From Vulcanimicrobiota bacterium (lineage in GTDB: Bacteria; Vulcanimicrobiota; Vulcanimicrobiia; Eremiobacterales; Eremiobacteraceae), in assembly GCA_963805945.1 (NCBI GenBank), contig CAWDVP010000002.1, positions 192,001-256,000 on the forward strand: a stretch of 64,000 bases of DNA, in the 5' to 3' direction. The position numbers and the translations under genes were made by a program. Below are positions 31,945-40,886 of this stretch, piece by piece. Under the pieces are notes generated by a model. The model had not been told where the DNA came from, searched no databases, and was given only the letters and a program-made list of their open reading frames with translations. Numbering within the stretch: the first letter of the stretch is position 1; every line of letters begins with the position of its first letter.

Positions 31945-31986
31945 AAACAAAATGCGACCGCACCGCCTGGCAGTGGCGGTGCGATC
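31945..31986 (-). terminator. Putative intrinsic terminator on the minus strand
   Basis: Minus-strand RNA GAUCGCACCGCC-ACUGCCA-GGCGGUGCGGUC (12-bp stem including one G-U pair), then GCA-UUUUGUUU. Confidence 0.5.
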
Positions 31987-32036
31987 TAAGGCGTTGTGGC
32001 ATCCTCTCCGAGTTCTACGATTGCTGGAGGCATATC

Positions 32037-32198
32037 ATGGAGCTTGGTGGACACATTCACGCCTTTGCGTTATATGCTGGCGTGTTCTTCGGCCAGCTTG
32101 CACATACGCTCGAGACGCTGATCACGGGCGGGGCACACCCGGCCGAGACACTCATCACGGGCGGCGTGCATACCGCGGAAACCCTCATTACCGGATAG
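32037..32198 (+). CDS. 53-aa precursor peptide with three ETLITG cores
   Basis: GGAGG SD 6 nt upstream. MELGGHIHAFALYAGVFFGQLA-HTLETLITGGA-HPAETLITGGV-HTAETLITG. Core codons differ only synonymously. Confidence 0.85.
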   Translation: MELGGHIHAFALYAGVFFGQLAHTLETLITGGAHPAETLITGGVHTAETLITG

Positions 32199-32217
32199 GG
32201 CGATCATCGTCAGGTCC

Positions 32218-33549
32218 TCATGCGATCTCTCGGCACAGTAAGTCGACGAGCTGAGGATCGTATTGGGTGCCGGCCCGCTCTGAAAGTACGCGCAGCGCTT
32301 CCTGCTTGTTCAGTTGCGTGGTCGCATTGTGACCTGTAAGTAGGCACAAATAATCGCGGGTGATCGCGATAATGCGCGAAGCCACAGGGATGCGCGTCAA
32401 GCGCATGCCGTGTGGATAGCCAGTGCCGTCGAATGCTTCGCACTGATGTTCAACCGCATAAGCCACCTCTTCCGGAATGATGCGGGGTGCCTTGCGGAGC
32501 ACTTTTCCACCCAGTGTAGGATAGCGAAGGGCCTCTTGCTGCTGAGCGGGCGTCAAGTTAATGCCAGCTCGCAGTTCCGGAGTGAGCTTGCACTTCCCGA
32601 TCTCGTGGAATTCCGCCGCCCACGCAAGGTTCTCTAAGTCCGCCTTAACCATGCCAAGCTTGCGGCCCATCTGAACCGCAAGGTAGCGGACGTCGCCGGC
32701 GAACTGTGCATCATCAGGACTTAACAGGCCAATGAACTCTCGCATCATCTCGTGGAATTGGTTGACGACGAAATCGCGTTCATCGCGGGCCTCAACTGCT
32801 TGGATTATGCGCTCGAACATACGCGTGTGCGCGACGACGTAGTAGAAAACAATAGCCCCTAGAATTCCGCCGAAGCCGTACATCCCAGCCAAAAGGTAGG
32901 CCCAAAGAGCCGCGACAAAGCCAGCGCGCCAGTAGCGTACGAACGATGCCGGCTGGCCGAGAATTGCGAATCCTAGGATTACTAGTGCATTGTTTACAGT
33001 CTGCCAGATGATCCCAATCCCCACGACGCCGACGAGAACAAGGGGCGCGTAGAGAAAGTGCGATATTCGCGGCGCGAGGCCGAGAATAACTGCATAGGAC
33101 TGGACCATCAAGAAAACCGCTATAACAGATATCCCCAGTTGACCCGCCAATGCTGGTATCGCTTGGGCGGCTGGGCGACCGGCGGCAATCAGGCGCAAGT
33201 GAACGGCGGAAAGACCGACAACCGCAAGCGGTAGCGCCCACCAACCGACCATCGCCGTGGCTGCCGCTAGTATTGCCGCGACCGGCGCATGCACCGCGCG
33301 GAAACCTTCCTGGGGTCGCTCGTTCAGCGCGAGGAAAGCACCTACCAGCACGACGCTGATTATGGTTGCATACGAAGTGTCAAAATGCGGTGGAACGAGC
33401 ACCAAGAGTGCGGCACCCGCAATCAACAGTGCCCAATAGTAAGCGACTTTGAGTCCCTGTCGCCATGCAACAACATCTTGTTGCAGACCAGTTGCTGGAG
33501 CGCTGATCCGCTCGAGTTGCGCCTGCCCTGCCACGGCCATGACGCTCAC
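32218..33549 (-). CDS. Multi-pass membrane protein with degenerate HD-GYP domain
   Basis: Roughly 7-8 hydrophobic segments. C-terminal FHEIGK, DGTGYPHG, IPVASRIIAI, GTQYDP. Confidence 0.85.
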   Translation of the reverse strand: MSVMAVAGQAQLERISAPATGLQQDVVAWRQGLKVAYYWALLIAGAALLVLVPPHFDTSYATIISVVLVGAFLALNERPQEGFRAVHAPVAAILAAATAMVGWWALPLAVVGLSAVHLRLIAAGRPAAQAIPALAGQLGISVIAVFLMVQSYAVILGLAPRISHFLYAPLVLVGVVGIGIIWQTVNNALVILGFAILGQPASFVRYWRAGFVAALWAYLLAGMYGFGGILGAIVFYYVVAHTRMFERIIQAVEARDERDFVVNQFHEMMREFIGLLSPDDAQFAGDVRYLAVQMGRKLGMVKADLENLAWAAEFHEIGKCKLTPELRAGINLTPAQQQEALRYPTLGGKVLRKAPRIIPEEVAYAVEHQCEAFDGTGYPHGMRLTRIPVASRIIAITRDYLCLLTGHNATTQLNKQEALRVLSERAGTQYDPQLVDLLCREIA

Positions 33550-33636
33550 CAGTGCCTTTCGTCAGGTCCGCGCCCGGGATAACGTCATATTAGCGAGACG
33601 TATGGGGTCGCGACCCTGTGGATAGTATATCGAACA

Positions 33637-33694
33637 TGTGACGCAAATCCCCACGAATTTGTGACAGCCCGCACAGGGTATGACGCTCATCACG
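33637..33694. promoter_or_regulatory. Tandem CRP-like boxes upstream of the HD-GYP gene
   Basis: TGTGA-N6-TCCCC (33637), TGTGA-N6-GCACA (33660), TATGA-N6-TCACG (33679). Minus-strand TATACT at 33624-33629. Confidence 0.5.
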
Positions 33695-33709
33695 CACACG
33701 TGTTCGAAC

Positions 33710-33732
33710 CCCGAGCTTCGCTCGGGCGCTAC
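33710..33732. repeat. REP-like palindrome, family C
   Basis: CCCGAGCTTCGCTCGGGCGCTAC, overlapping the serine hydrolase stop codon. Confidence 0.7.
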
Positions 33733-34694
33733 AGGCCGGTGGGAGAGGCCTCGGGCAGCGGGGCCTCGGTTGGCGTGGCCACCGGCAGCACCGGGGGGAC
33801 TTCCGCAGCGAGGAAGGCGTCGTAGGTCGCCCTGGAGGCCCTGCGGATAAGCCGGGCGCCGTCATCGAGATCGTCCAGGTGCGTCGTCAGCACGCAGATC
33901 ACGTACGGCGAGCCGGGCAACGCGACGATGCCGACGTCGTTGAGCGTGTCGTGCAGCGTGCCCGTCTTGTGCGCCACCACAACCCCGTGCGGCAAAGGCT
34001 CGGGCAGCAACTGGTTGTGCCGCTGCGCCGTGAGAAACGCGAGCATGACGTCGCTGGCCTGCTCGTTGATGAGCCGGCGCGTGGCGATCATGACGAGCAG
34101 GCGCATCATGTCATTGGTGCTCGTGCGCAGCTGGCGGATCGAGGGATCGCTCGCGTGAATGCTGGCGCCCAAGCGCGTCTGGGTCAGCCCCAGCCCGATC
34201 ATGGTCTGATTGATGTTCTCACGCCCGACCAGCCGGATGAGCATGTTCGTGGCCGTGTTGTCGCTGTTCGCGATCATGATCCGCGTGAGGTTGCGGACCG
34301 AGAACGTCATGCCCGCCGCGAAGTCGCACACGTCGCCGTAGCCGCAATCGCGGTCTTCCGGCAGCAGTTCCACTTGGCGATCGAGCGAGAAGCGGCCGAG
34401 CGATTCTTGCCGCAGCACTTCGACCATGACCGCGAGTTTGATCACGCTCGCCGCTGGCAGGTTCTCGTCGCCGTTGATGCTGATCGGCATGCGCCCTTGC
34501 GCGTCCGCGATCGTGATCGCGACCAAACCCGGCGTGTTATTGGCCAGGCGCCGCAGCTCGGGTTCGAGCGCGGCCATGCGAGCATCGCGCGCCACAGGCA
34601 CGTCAGGGGCCGGGAGCACGAGACCGGCGGACATGCCGCCGCCGGCCGCGATGAGCGCAGCAGCGAGCAGCATGGTGAAAAAGGCCCAACGCAT
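33729..34694 (-). CDS. Class A beta-lactamase-related serine hydrolase
   Basis: ASVIK, SDN and HKTG motifs, plus a signal or anchor sequence. Confidence 0.85.
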   Translation of the reverse strand: MRWAFFTMLLAAALIAAGGGMSAGLVLPAPDVPVARDARMAALEPELRRLANNTPGLVAITIADAQGRMPISINGDENLPAASVIKLAVMVEVLRQESLGRFSLDRQVELLPEDRDCGYGDVCDFAAGMTFSVRNLTRIMIANSDNTATNMLIRLVGRENINQTMIGLGLTQTRLGASIHASDPSIRQLRTSTNDMMRLLVMIATRRLINEQASDVMLAFLTAQRHNQLLPEPLPHGVVVAHKTGTLHDTLNDVGIVALPGSPYVICVLTTHLDDLDDGARLIRRASRATYDAFLAAEVPPVLPVATPTEAPLPEASPTGL

Positions 34695-34777
34695 ACAACG
34701 ACCACTCTTCTTGGCGGCGGCACGGGACCGCCTGCCTTTCGGCATGAATCGCGCGCTGCGTCACGAACCGACAGCCG

Positions 34778-35677
34778 ATGCGCGACCTTGATATTATCGG
34801 CGTTCCTATCGACTATGGCGCAAGCAAGCATGGCGCGCGCCTGGGACCCGACGCAGTGCGCGAGGCCGGCCTGACCGAAAGCCTCGCGAAACTAGGCCTG
34901 CAGGTCCACGATCAGGGCAACGTCGCGGTGCCGGAGTCCAAGGACGGCGTGGCCGGTGGCCCGGGCCGCCCCCGGCATATCGAGGCCGTACGCCAGGCCA
35001 ACCTCAACCTCGCGGACGCCGTCGAGCGCTCCGCCCGCGCCGGCCGCTTCACCCTGGTCATCGGCGGTGACCACTCCATCGCCATCGGCATCCTGGCCGG
35101 GCTGGCGCGCGCGCAAGGCCCGCAGGGCCTCATCTGGATCGACGCCCATGCCGACCTCAACACCCCTGCCACCAGCCCCACCGGCAACATCCATGGCATG
35201 GCGCTGGCGATCGCGCTCGGCGAGGCCCGCGACATCTTCCCCGCCGCGAAGTTCCCCGCGCCATCGGTGGACGCCAAGCGCTGCGTCTTCATCGGCCTGC
35301 GCGATCTCGACCCCGCCGAGCGTCGCTCGCTGCGTGAGCGCGGGTTCACCTGCTTCACCATGTCCGACATCGACAAGCTCGGCATGAACACCGTCATGCA
35401 ACAAGCGCTGAAGGCCGCCTGTGACGGGCCCGGTAGCGTGCACGTCAGCCTCGACATCGACTCGGTGGATCCGAGCCTCGCCCCCGGCACGGGCACGCCG
35501 GTGGCGGGCGGCCTCACCTATCGCGAAGCGCATCTTGCCATGGAGATGATCGCCGAGAGCGGCTGCGCCGGCTCCATGGAAGTCACCGAAGTGAATCCGG
35601 TGCTCGACGAGCACAGCCGCACGGCGACGATCGCCGTCGAGCTCATATGCTCGGCGCTCGGCAAGAGCATTCTCTAA
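34778..35677 (+). CDS. rocF: Arginase
   Basis: GGDHS, DAHADLN, GNIHGM, SLDIDSVDP, EVNP. Confidence 0.92.
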   Translation: MRDLDIIGVPIDYGASKHGARLGPDAVREAGLTESLAKLGLQVHDQGNVAVPESKDGVAGGPGRPRHIEAVRQANLNLADAVERSARAGRFTLVIGGDHSIAIGILAGLARAQGPQGLIWIDAHADLNTPATSPTGNIHGMALAIALGEARDIFPAAKFPAPSVDAKRCVFIGLRDLDPAERRSLRERGFTCFTMSDIDKLGMNTVMQQALKAACDGPGSVHVSLDIDSVDPSLAPGTGTPVAGGLTYREAHLAMEMIAESGCAGSMEVTEVNPVLDEHSRTATIAVELICSALGKSIL

Positions 35678-35710
35678 AGGAGGGCGGCGACGCACGACGG
35701 GCTGGTCATC

Positions 35711-36673
35711 GTGATCGTGGTGTGCGCACTCGCCTTCAACGTCGTCGCCGGCTTCAACGACGGCGGCAATCTGCTCGCCGCGGCGGCGTCCAGCCGCACC
35801 ATCGCGCCAGGCGTCGCGTATTTCCTGATCGTCGGTTTCGCGTTTGTCGGCCCCTTCGTCTTCGGGACCGCGGTGGCCACCACGTTGGGGGCAGGCATCG
35901 CCGATTACACGACGTTGGGAGCGCCTTTGCTGCTCGCCGCCGTCCTCGCCGCTGTGGTCGCCGTGCTCGTCGCGTACGCCGCACGTGTCCCCACCATGAT
36001 GTCGCTCGCGCTCCTGTGCGCCATGGTGGGCTCGCTGCTCGTCGGCCCCGGGGCAGGCGTCATCCATTGGCCAGGCGTCGTCAAGGTCGCGTTGAGCACG
36101 TCAGGCTCGGCGCTGGTGGGCCTGCTCGCGGGCATGGCCGCCTATGCGGTGCTGCGCTTCCTCTTGCGGCCGGTATCGCGTGCGGCCGGCGACCGCCTCA
36201 TGCACCTGCAGTACGGCACCGTCGCGCTCCAAGCGCTTGGCTACGGCGCGAACGACGCCGAGAAGATGATGGGCATGATGGCGGCCGCAGGCGCTTTGCA
36301 GGCTGGTTCGCACGTCTTCGCGGTGCCGTTGTGGGCGATCGCCGGCGCGATAGCCGCCTTTGCGATGGGCATGGCGGTCGGCGGACTGCGAGTCGCCAAG
36401 ACCGTCGGCGGCAAGCTCTTCACCATCCGCCCGCAGCACGCGCTCGCGTTTCAGGGTGCGGCCGGTTCCACGGTGATCGCCGCCGCGCTGCTCGGCGCGC
36501 CGCTTTCCACAACCGAGACGACGGCGAGCGCCATCGTCGGCGTCGGGGCGATAGCACAGCCGCGACGCGTCCATTGGGATGTCGTCGCGCAAATCGCGCG
36601 CGCGTGGCTGCTGACCGTGCCCATAGCGCTCGCGGCCGGCGCGCTCGCTGGATTGATCGTGCGATGGCTCTGA
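35711..36673 (+). CDS. Inorganic phosphate transporter, PiT family
   Basis: GFNDGGN and GANDAEK signatures. Followed by DUF47. Confidence 0.85.
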   Translation: MIVVCALAFNVVAGFNDGGNLLAAAASSRTIAPGVAYFLIVGFAFVGPFVFGTAVATTLGAGIADYTTLGAPLLLAAVLAAVVAVLVAYAARVPTMMSLALLCAMVGSLLVGPGAGVIHWPGVVKVALSTSGSALVGLLAGMAAYAVLRFLLRPVSRAAGDRLMHLQYGTVALQALGYGANDAEKMMGMMAAAGALQAGSHVFAVPLWAIAGAIAAFAMGMAVGGLRVAKTVGGKLFTIRPQHALAFQGAAGSTVIAAALLGAPLSTTETTASAIVGVGAIAQPRRVHWDVVAQIARAWLLTVPIALAAGALAGLIVRWL

Positions 36674-36696
36674 TAACTCGAGGGAGGTAGCACCCC

Positions 36697-37314
36697 ATGT
36701 GGCTGTCCGATTTGTTCACCGCCCGCAAGCAGCGGGTGTTCCACGAGCTGCTCATGGCGCAGTGCGGCACGCTGCTCGAGGCCGCGCACCTGCTCGAACG
36801 TTTCTTCGCGCGTGAGTCGACGACCGCGGTCGAGCAGGCCGACGCACTCGATAAGCGCTCCGAAGAGATCCTCGAGCAGATCGTCGCCGCGCTCACCGAC
36901 ACCTTCGTGACGCCCTTCGACCGCCAGGACATCTACAATCTCAGCGAAGCGCTCGACGACATGATTGATTATCTCGACAACGCCGCGCGCGAGGTGGTCC
37001 TCTTCGAGGTCGCGGCGACGCCGGCGATGATCGAGATCGCGCACATCCTCAGCGGTGCCGCGAACGACATCAACATCGCCGTGCGCACCATCGCGAGCGA
37101 TCCGAAGACGGCGGCCGCGGCGGCGACCGCGGCCTCGCTTGCCGAGGAGAAGGTCGAGGACGTCTACCGGCGCACCGTCGCGCATCTTTTCGACAGCGCC
37201 GACTTCCACCATATCTTCAAGGTGCGCGAGATCTATCGCCACCTGAGCAACAGCGCCGACCGCGCCGACGATATCGGCAAGCTGATCGGCAAGGTCGTGG
37301 TGAAGGTCGCCTAG
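36697..37314 (+). CDS. DUF47 phosphate transport regulator
   Basis: TFVTPFDRQDIYNLSEALDD. Confidence 0.85.
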   Translation: MWLSDLFTARKQRVFHELLMAQCGTLLEAAHLLERFFARESTTAVEQADALDKRSEEILEQIVAALTDTFVTPFDRQDIYNLSEALDDMIDYLDNAAREVVLFEVAATPAMIEIAHILSGAANDINIAVRTIASDPKTAAAAATAASLAEEKVEDVYRRTVAHLFDSADFHHIFKVREIYRHLSNSADRADDIGKLIGKVVVKVA

Positions 37315-37328
37315 GAAGCGTCAGGGAC

Positions 37329-38066
37329 CTAGACCAGCGCGACCCGCTTCAGCTCGCCCGCCAGCGTCTCGCCCGGCTTGAGGTCGATGATCTGCAGGCC
37401 TGCGATATCCTTGGTGAGCTCGCGCAGACGTGCGGGCGTGCCCGTGAGCGCGGGGAAGGTCGCATAGTGCATCGGCACCACCACCTTCGTGCCGAGCAGC
37501 CGGATGGCGTACGCGCACTGCAGCGGATCCATCGTGTAGTGGTCGCCGATCGGCAGCAGCGCGATATCCGGCTTATAGAGTTCGCCGATGATCTTCATGT
37601 CGCTGTGCACGCACGTATCGCCCGCGTGGTACACGTTGATCCCGTTCTCGAAGGTCAGCACGTAGCCCGCTGCCTCACCGCCGTAGACGATCTGATCGCC
37701 GTCGGAGATGCCGCAGCTGTGCTCGGCGTGCGTCATGGTGAACTTGACGCCCTCGACTTCAACCGTGCCGCCTTTGTTGAAGCTCGTGGTCTTGGCGACG
37801 CCCTTCTTATCGAGCCACGCCATCGTCTCGTAGATGCCGACGCACATCGCGCCGTGCTTCTTGGCAAGGCCCACCACATCGCCGATGTGGTCGAAGTGGC
37901 CGTGCGTCACCGCGAGCACGTCGAGCTTGGCGGGGTTCTTGAGCCGCGGCGGACAGGCCGGATTCTGCTCGAGCCACGGATCGACCATGATGTGCTTGCC
38001 GGACGGCGTCTTGAAGCCGAACGTCGCGTGGCCACAATAGGTGATTTCGAGATCGCCGAGATTCAT
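37329..38066 (-). CDS. Metallo-beta-lactamase-fold hydrolase (UPF0173)
   Basis: THGHFDH, YHAGDT, LPIGD, PMHY. Confidence 0.88.
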   Translation of the reverse strand: MNLGDLEITYCGHATFGFKTPSGKHIMVDPWLEQNPACPPRLKNPAKLDVLAVTHGHFDHIGDVVGLAKKHGAMCVGIYETMAWLDKKGVAKTTSFNKGGTVEVEGVKFTMTHAEHSCGISDGDQIVYGGEAAGYVLTFENGINVYHAGDTCVHSDMKIIGELYKPDIALLPIGDHYTMDPLQCAYAIRLLGTKVVVPMHYATFPALTGTPARLRELTKDIAGLQIIDLKPGETLAGELKRVALV

Positions 38067-38096
38067 CGGAATGCTCCCCAGGTGAGGGTGGTGAGG

Positions 38097-39275
38097 TTAG
38101 GCGGCCATTCTTGCCAGCGCGAGCGCCGCCTCTTCGCGCACCCACGCATCGGCCTCGGCGACGAGCAGGCGTTCGAGCGCCGCGCGCGCTGTGTTTGAAG
38201 ACGCGGGTTCGGTAGACGCCGCACAGAGCTGGCCGATAGCCCACGCGGCATGGCCGCGCACAAGCGGCTTGCGGTCCTCCAGCGCTTCGATGAGCGGCGG
38301 CAGCGCCGCAGGGTCGCGCGAGTTGCCCAGCGCCACGGCCGCATTGCGCTGCAGCACCGCCTTGCCGCGCCAGGCCATGGACGTGGGTCCGAACCACGCG
38401 CGGAACTGCGATTTCGTCATGCGCAGCACGGCGGGCAGGTCCACCGTGGTGCCGAGATGCGCCATCGGCTCGAACTCGTGCCGCGAACGGGCTCGCGCCG
38501 CCAACGCCTTGCGCTCGTTGACCGGGCAGACCGTCTGGCAGGCGTCGCAGCCCCACAGCCGGTTGCCGACGGCCGCGCGCAGCTCGCGCGGGATCGGCGT
38601 GCGCAGCTGCGTGAGATCGGAGATGCAGCGGCGCGCGTCGACGCTGCCGTCTGGCCCGATCGCTCCAGTCGGACAGCGGTCGATGCACTCGACGCATTCG
38701 CCGCATGACTTCTTGAGCGGCTCGTCGGACTCGAGCTCGAGCGTCGTGATGAGTTCACCGAGCAGCACCCACGAGCCGAACTCGCGCGTGAGCACGTTGC
38801 CGTTCTTGCCGAACCAGCCGATGCCGGCGCGCACCGCCGCGGCGCGATCGACGAGCGGCCCCGTGTCGACGCACGGCAGGCAGCGCTCGCCCGGGAATTC
38901 TGCACAGATATACTCCGCCAGCTGGCGCAGCTTCGCGCCGAGCGTGCGGTGATAGTCGCGCCCCCAGGCGTGGCTTGAGATAAAGCCGCGCAATCCGGGC
39001 GCATAGGAATCATACGGTTCGAATGCGGTCAGATATGACGTGGCGGTGCAGATGATCGAGCGCGCACCAGGCAGCGTCTGCTCCGGCCGGCAGTTCCGTT
39101 CCACGAGCTCGTCCGGATAGCGCCACTGCGCGAGCATGCCTGCGCGCGCGCGTTGCTTGAAGACGCGCTCGGTCGGCGCGAACGGCGCCGCCGAGGTCAC
39201 GCGCACGAGGTCGAATCCGATGTCCTTGGCTCGAGCGACGATGCGCTCTTTAGGCGATGCCTCGAGCGCGATCAC
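38097..39275 (-). CDS. queG: tRNA epoxyqueuosine reductase
   Basis: GRDYH, VDTGP, GWFGKN, CGECVECIDRCPT, GCDACQTVCP, C-terminal HEAT repeats. Confidence 0.92.
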   Translation of the reverse strand: MIALEASPKERIVARAKDIGFDLVRVTSAAPFAPTERVFKQRARAGMLAQWRYPDELVERNCRPEQTLPGARSIICTATSYLTAFEPYDSYAPGLRGFISSHAWGRDYHRTLGAKLRQLAEYICAEFPGERCLPCVDTGPLVDRAAAVRAGIGWFGKNGNVLTREFGSWVLLGELITTLELESDEPLKKSCGECVECIDRCPTGAIGPDGSVDARRCISDLTQLRTPIPRELRAAVGNRLWGCDACQTVCPVNERKALAARARSRHEFEPMAHLGTTVDLPAVLRMTKSQFRAWFGPTSMAWRGKAVLQRNAAVALGNSRDPAALPPLIEALEDRKPLVRGHAAWAIGQLCAASTEPASSNTARAALERLLVAEADAWVREEAALALARMAA

Positions 39276-40048
39276 GTCGTGCCGGCTGCCGATGACGGGA
39301 AGTCGATGATGCAGGTCCCGTGCACGGGCAGACCGTTGAGCGTCGCGGGCGCGTAGGTCGAGTGGCGCGCGGCGTCGACCGCCGCGGCATCGAGCGCGCT
39401 GTCGCCGGACGATGCCAGGATTCGCACGCTCAAGACGTCGCCGTCGGGGCTGATCTCCACCTCGAGGCGCACATGGCGATTGGTGTCGCCCGTCGACAAG
39501 GCGGCGACTTGCAGCACGTGCGGCGGATTATCGTCGCCCCACTGCACCGCGCCGCCGACGCGGCTGGTGTTCGCGCCGCTGTCGACCTGCGCGCTGCGAC
39601 CGGCGGGCGGCACCTTTGTGGTCAAGTCGTTCGTGGCCGCGCCGGAGTCGGGGCCTGGCGCAGGGCTTGGCACACCGCGGTCGTGCACCGAGAGCATCGC
39701 GGTGCGTCGTGCCGGCGTGTGCACCTCGTGGTGCTTCGTGTTCGCCGCGATCTCCAAGTACTTGAGCGGCGACAGATTGGCGATGGTGCGCTTTTCGATC
39801 ATCGGCGGCGGATGCGTCGGCTCGACCACGACCAGCTTGGCGCGCGAGAGCGTCACCACCGTCAAGGCTTGATCGGGAACTTCGGGCGTACGGAACAGGG
39901 GGGCCAGCGTGGTCAGGGTCGGTCCCATGACGAGATGCAACGCGAACGAGAGCGCGAGGAACAATCCGACGACGAGCAGAGCACGGCGCTTGAAGCCCGT
40001 TCTCGAGCCTGGCGTGATCGGCGTATAACCTAAAACGGATCGCAGCAT
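39272..40048 (-). CDS. TonB C-terminal domain protein
   Basis: N-terminal TM containing SxxxH. C-terminal SSGDSALDAAAVDAA...YAPATLNG. Confidence 0.75.
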   Translation of the reverse strand: MLRSVLGYTPITPGSRTGFKRRALLVVGLFLALSFALHLVMGPTLTTLAPLFRTPEVPDQALTVVTLSRAKLVVVEPTHPPPMIEKRTIANLSPLKYLEIAANTKHHEVHTPARRTAMLSVHDRGVPSPAPGPDSGAATNDLTTKVPPAGRSAQVDSGANTSRVGGAVQWGDDNPPHVLQVAALSTGDTNRHVRLEVEISPDGDVLSVRILASSGDSALDAAAVDAARHSTYAPATLNGLPVHGTCIIDFPSSAAGTT

Positions 40049-40094
40049 TTGTTTGTCCGCCTGCGCCCCTGGGGGTGGAGTATTTCCCGGGAGG

Positions 40095-40886
40095 CTAGGG
40101 CGCCGCCTTTGAGCGGTCGGCGGTCTGCATGTCGAGAAGTTCCTGGTATTTCTTGGGCATACCGGGCTCGTAGGTCAGGAACGAGGGGATCGGGTAGCGG
40201 ATACCACCCTTTTGCGTCCCCTCCAGGCCCTCGACCAGCTCGTCAGCCCGGTGCCAGGGCAAGGTGAACGCCATCTCGTCGTCCTGGGCGCCGGCGAAGA
40301 TGCGGTCGCCGTTGCACGGCAGGATGACCTGGTAGTCGTCGGTGCGCATGGGCACGACGAGGTGGTCCGAGCAGTCCATGCGTGCGGCGAAGGACGAGGC
40401 GATGCGCCCGCCCTTCTTCCATAGGGCGGCAGCCACGAGGCGCATGACCTGGGCAGCGTTGCCATAGATGATGAGGACGTGCGGCTCGAATTCCGCCCTT
40501 TGGAGGGCGCCGAAGACGATGGCGTCGATCTCGCCCGGCCTGAACTTCACCACCGACGCCTCGCTGCGCGCGCCGGCGGCTTCATCTTTGGTGTACATGC
40601 CCGAGCAGAGGTTGCCTTCGTCGTAGTAATCGTTGGGCGCCGCGAAGCCGGCGACGAGCGCCCCGAGCGGGCACTTCATGTCCTCGGCGCGCAGCACGGT
40701 CGTCCAGCCGTACTTGCGTGCGATGCCCCAGCCTTGGCAGACCGTCACGTGTTTGTGCAGGTCTTCGAGCGGGCGCTTGGCCTTCTCTGGAGCCGCCTCG
40801 CCCTTGCGCAAGAAACGCACCGCCACCGGGAACGTGGTCGGCCGGATGAACTCGTCGAGCTTCTCGGCGACGCCTTTCGGGTCCAC
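40095..40886 (-). CDS. DUF169-domain protein
   Basis: FPVAVRF, VCQ, CPLG, CSD, PCNGDR. Confidence 0.8.
   Translation of the reverse strand: MDPKGVAEKLDEFIRPTTFPVAVRFLRKGEAAPEKAKRPLEDLHKHVTVCQGWGIARKYGWTTVLRAEDMKCPLGALVAGFAAPNDYYDEGNLCSGMYTKDEAAGARSEASVVKFRPGEIDAIVFGALQRAEFEPHVLIIYGNAAQVMRLVAAALWKKGGRIASSFAARMDCSDHLVVPMRTDDYQVILPCNGDRIFAGAQDDEMAFTLPWHRADELVEGLEGTQKGGIRYPIPSFLTYEPGMPKKYQELLDMQTADRSKAAP

Noticed and set aside
31822..31989. 55-aa ORF MPIVGPDLELKC... upstream of the peptide gene
   Set aside because: No SD, atypical codons and no recognisable motif. Not excluded, but unsupported.
31800..32030. c-di-GMP riboswitch in the long leader
   Set aside because: I could not find the class I or class II consensus elements by eye. 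An Rfam scan would settle it.
32103..32195. 33-bp repeats as a CRISPR array
   Set aside because: No spacers and no cas genes, and variation in the cores is synonymous, so the repeat is protein-coding.
33729..34694. True antibiotic-resistance beta-lactamase
   Set aside because: It has SxxK, SDN and KTG, but I see no clear class A omega-loop ExxLN. It is called only as a related serine hydrolase.
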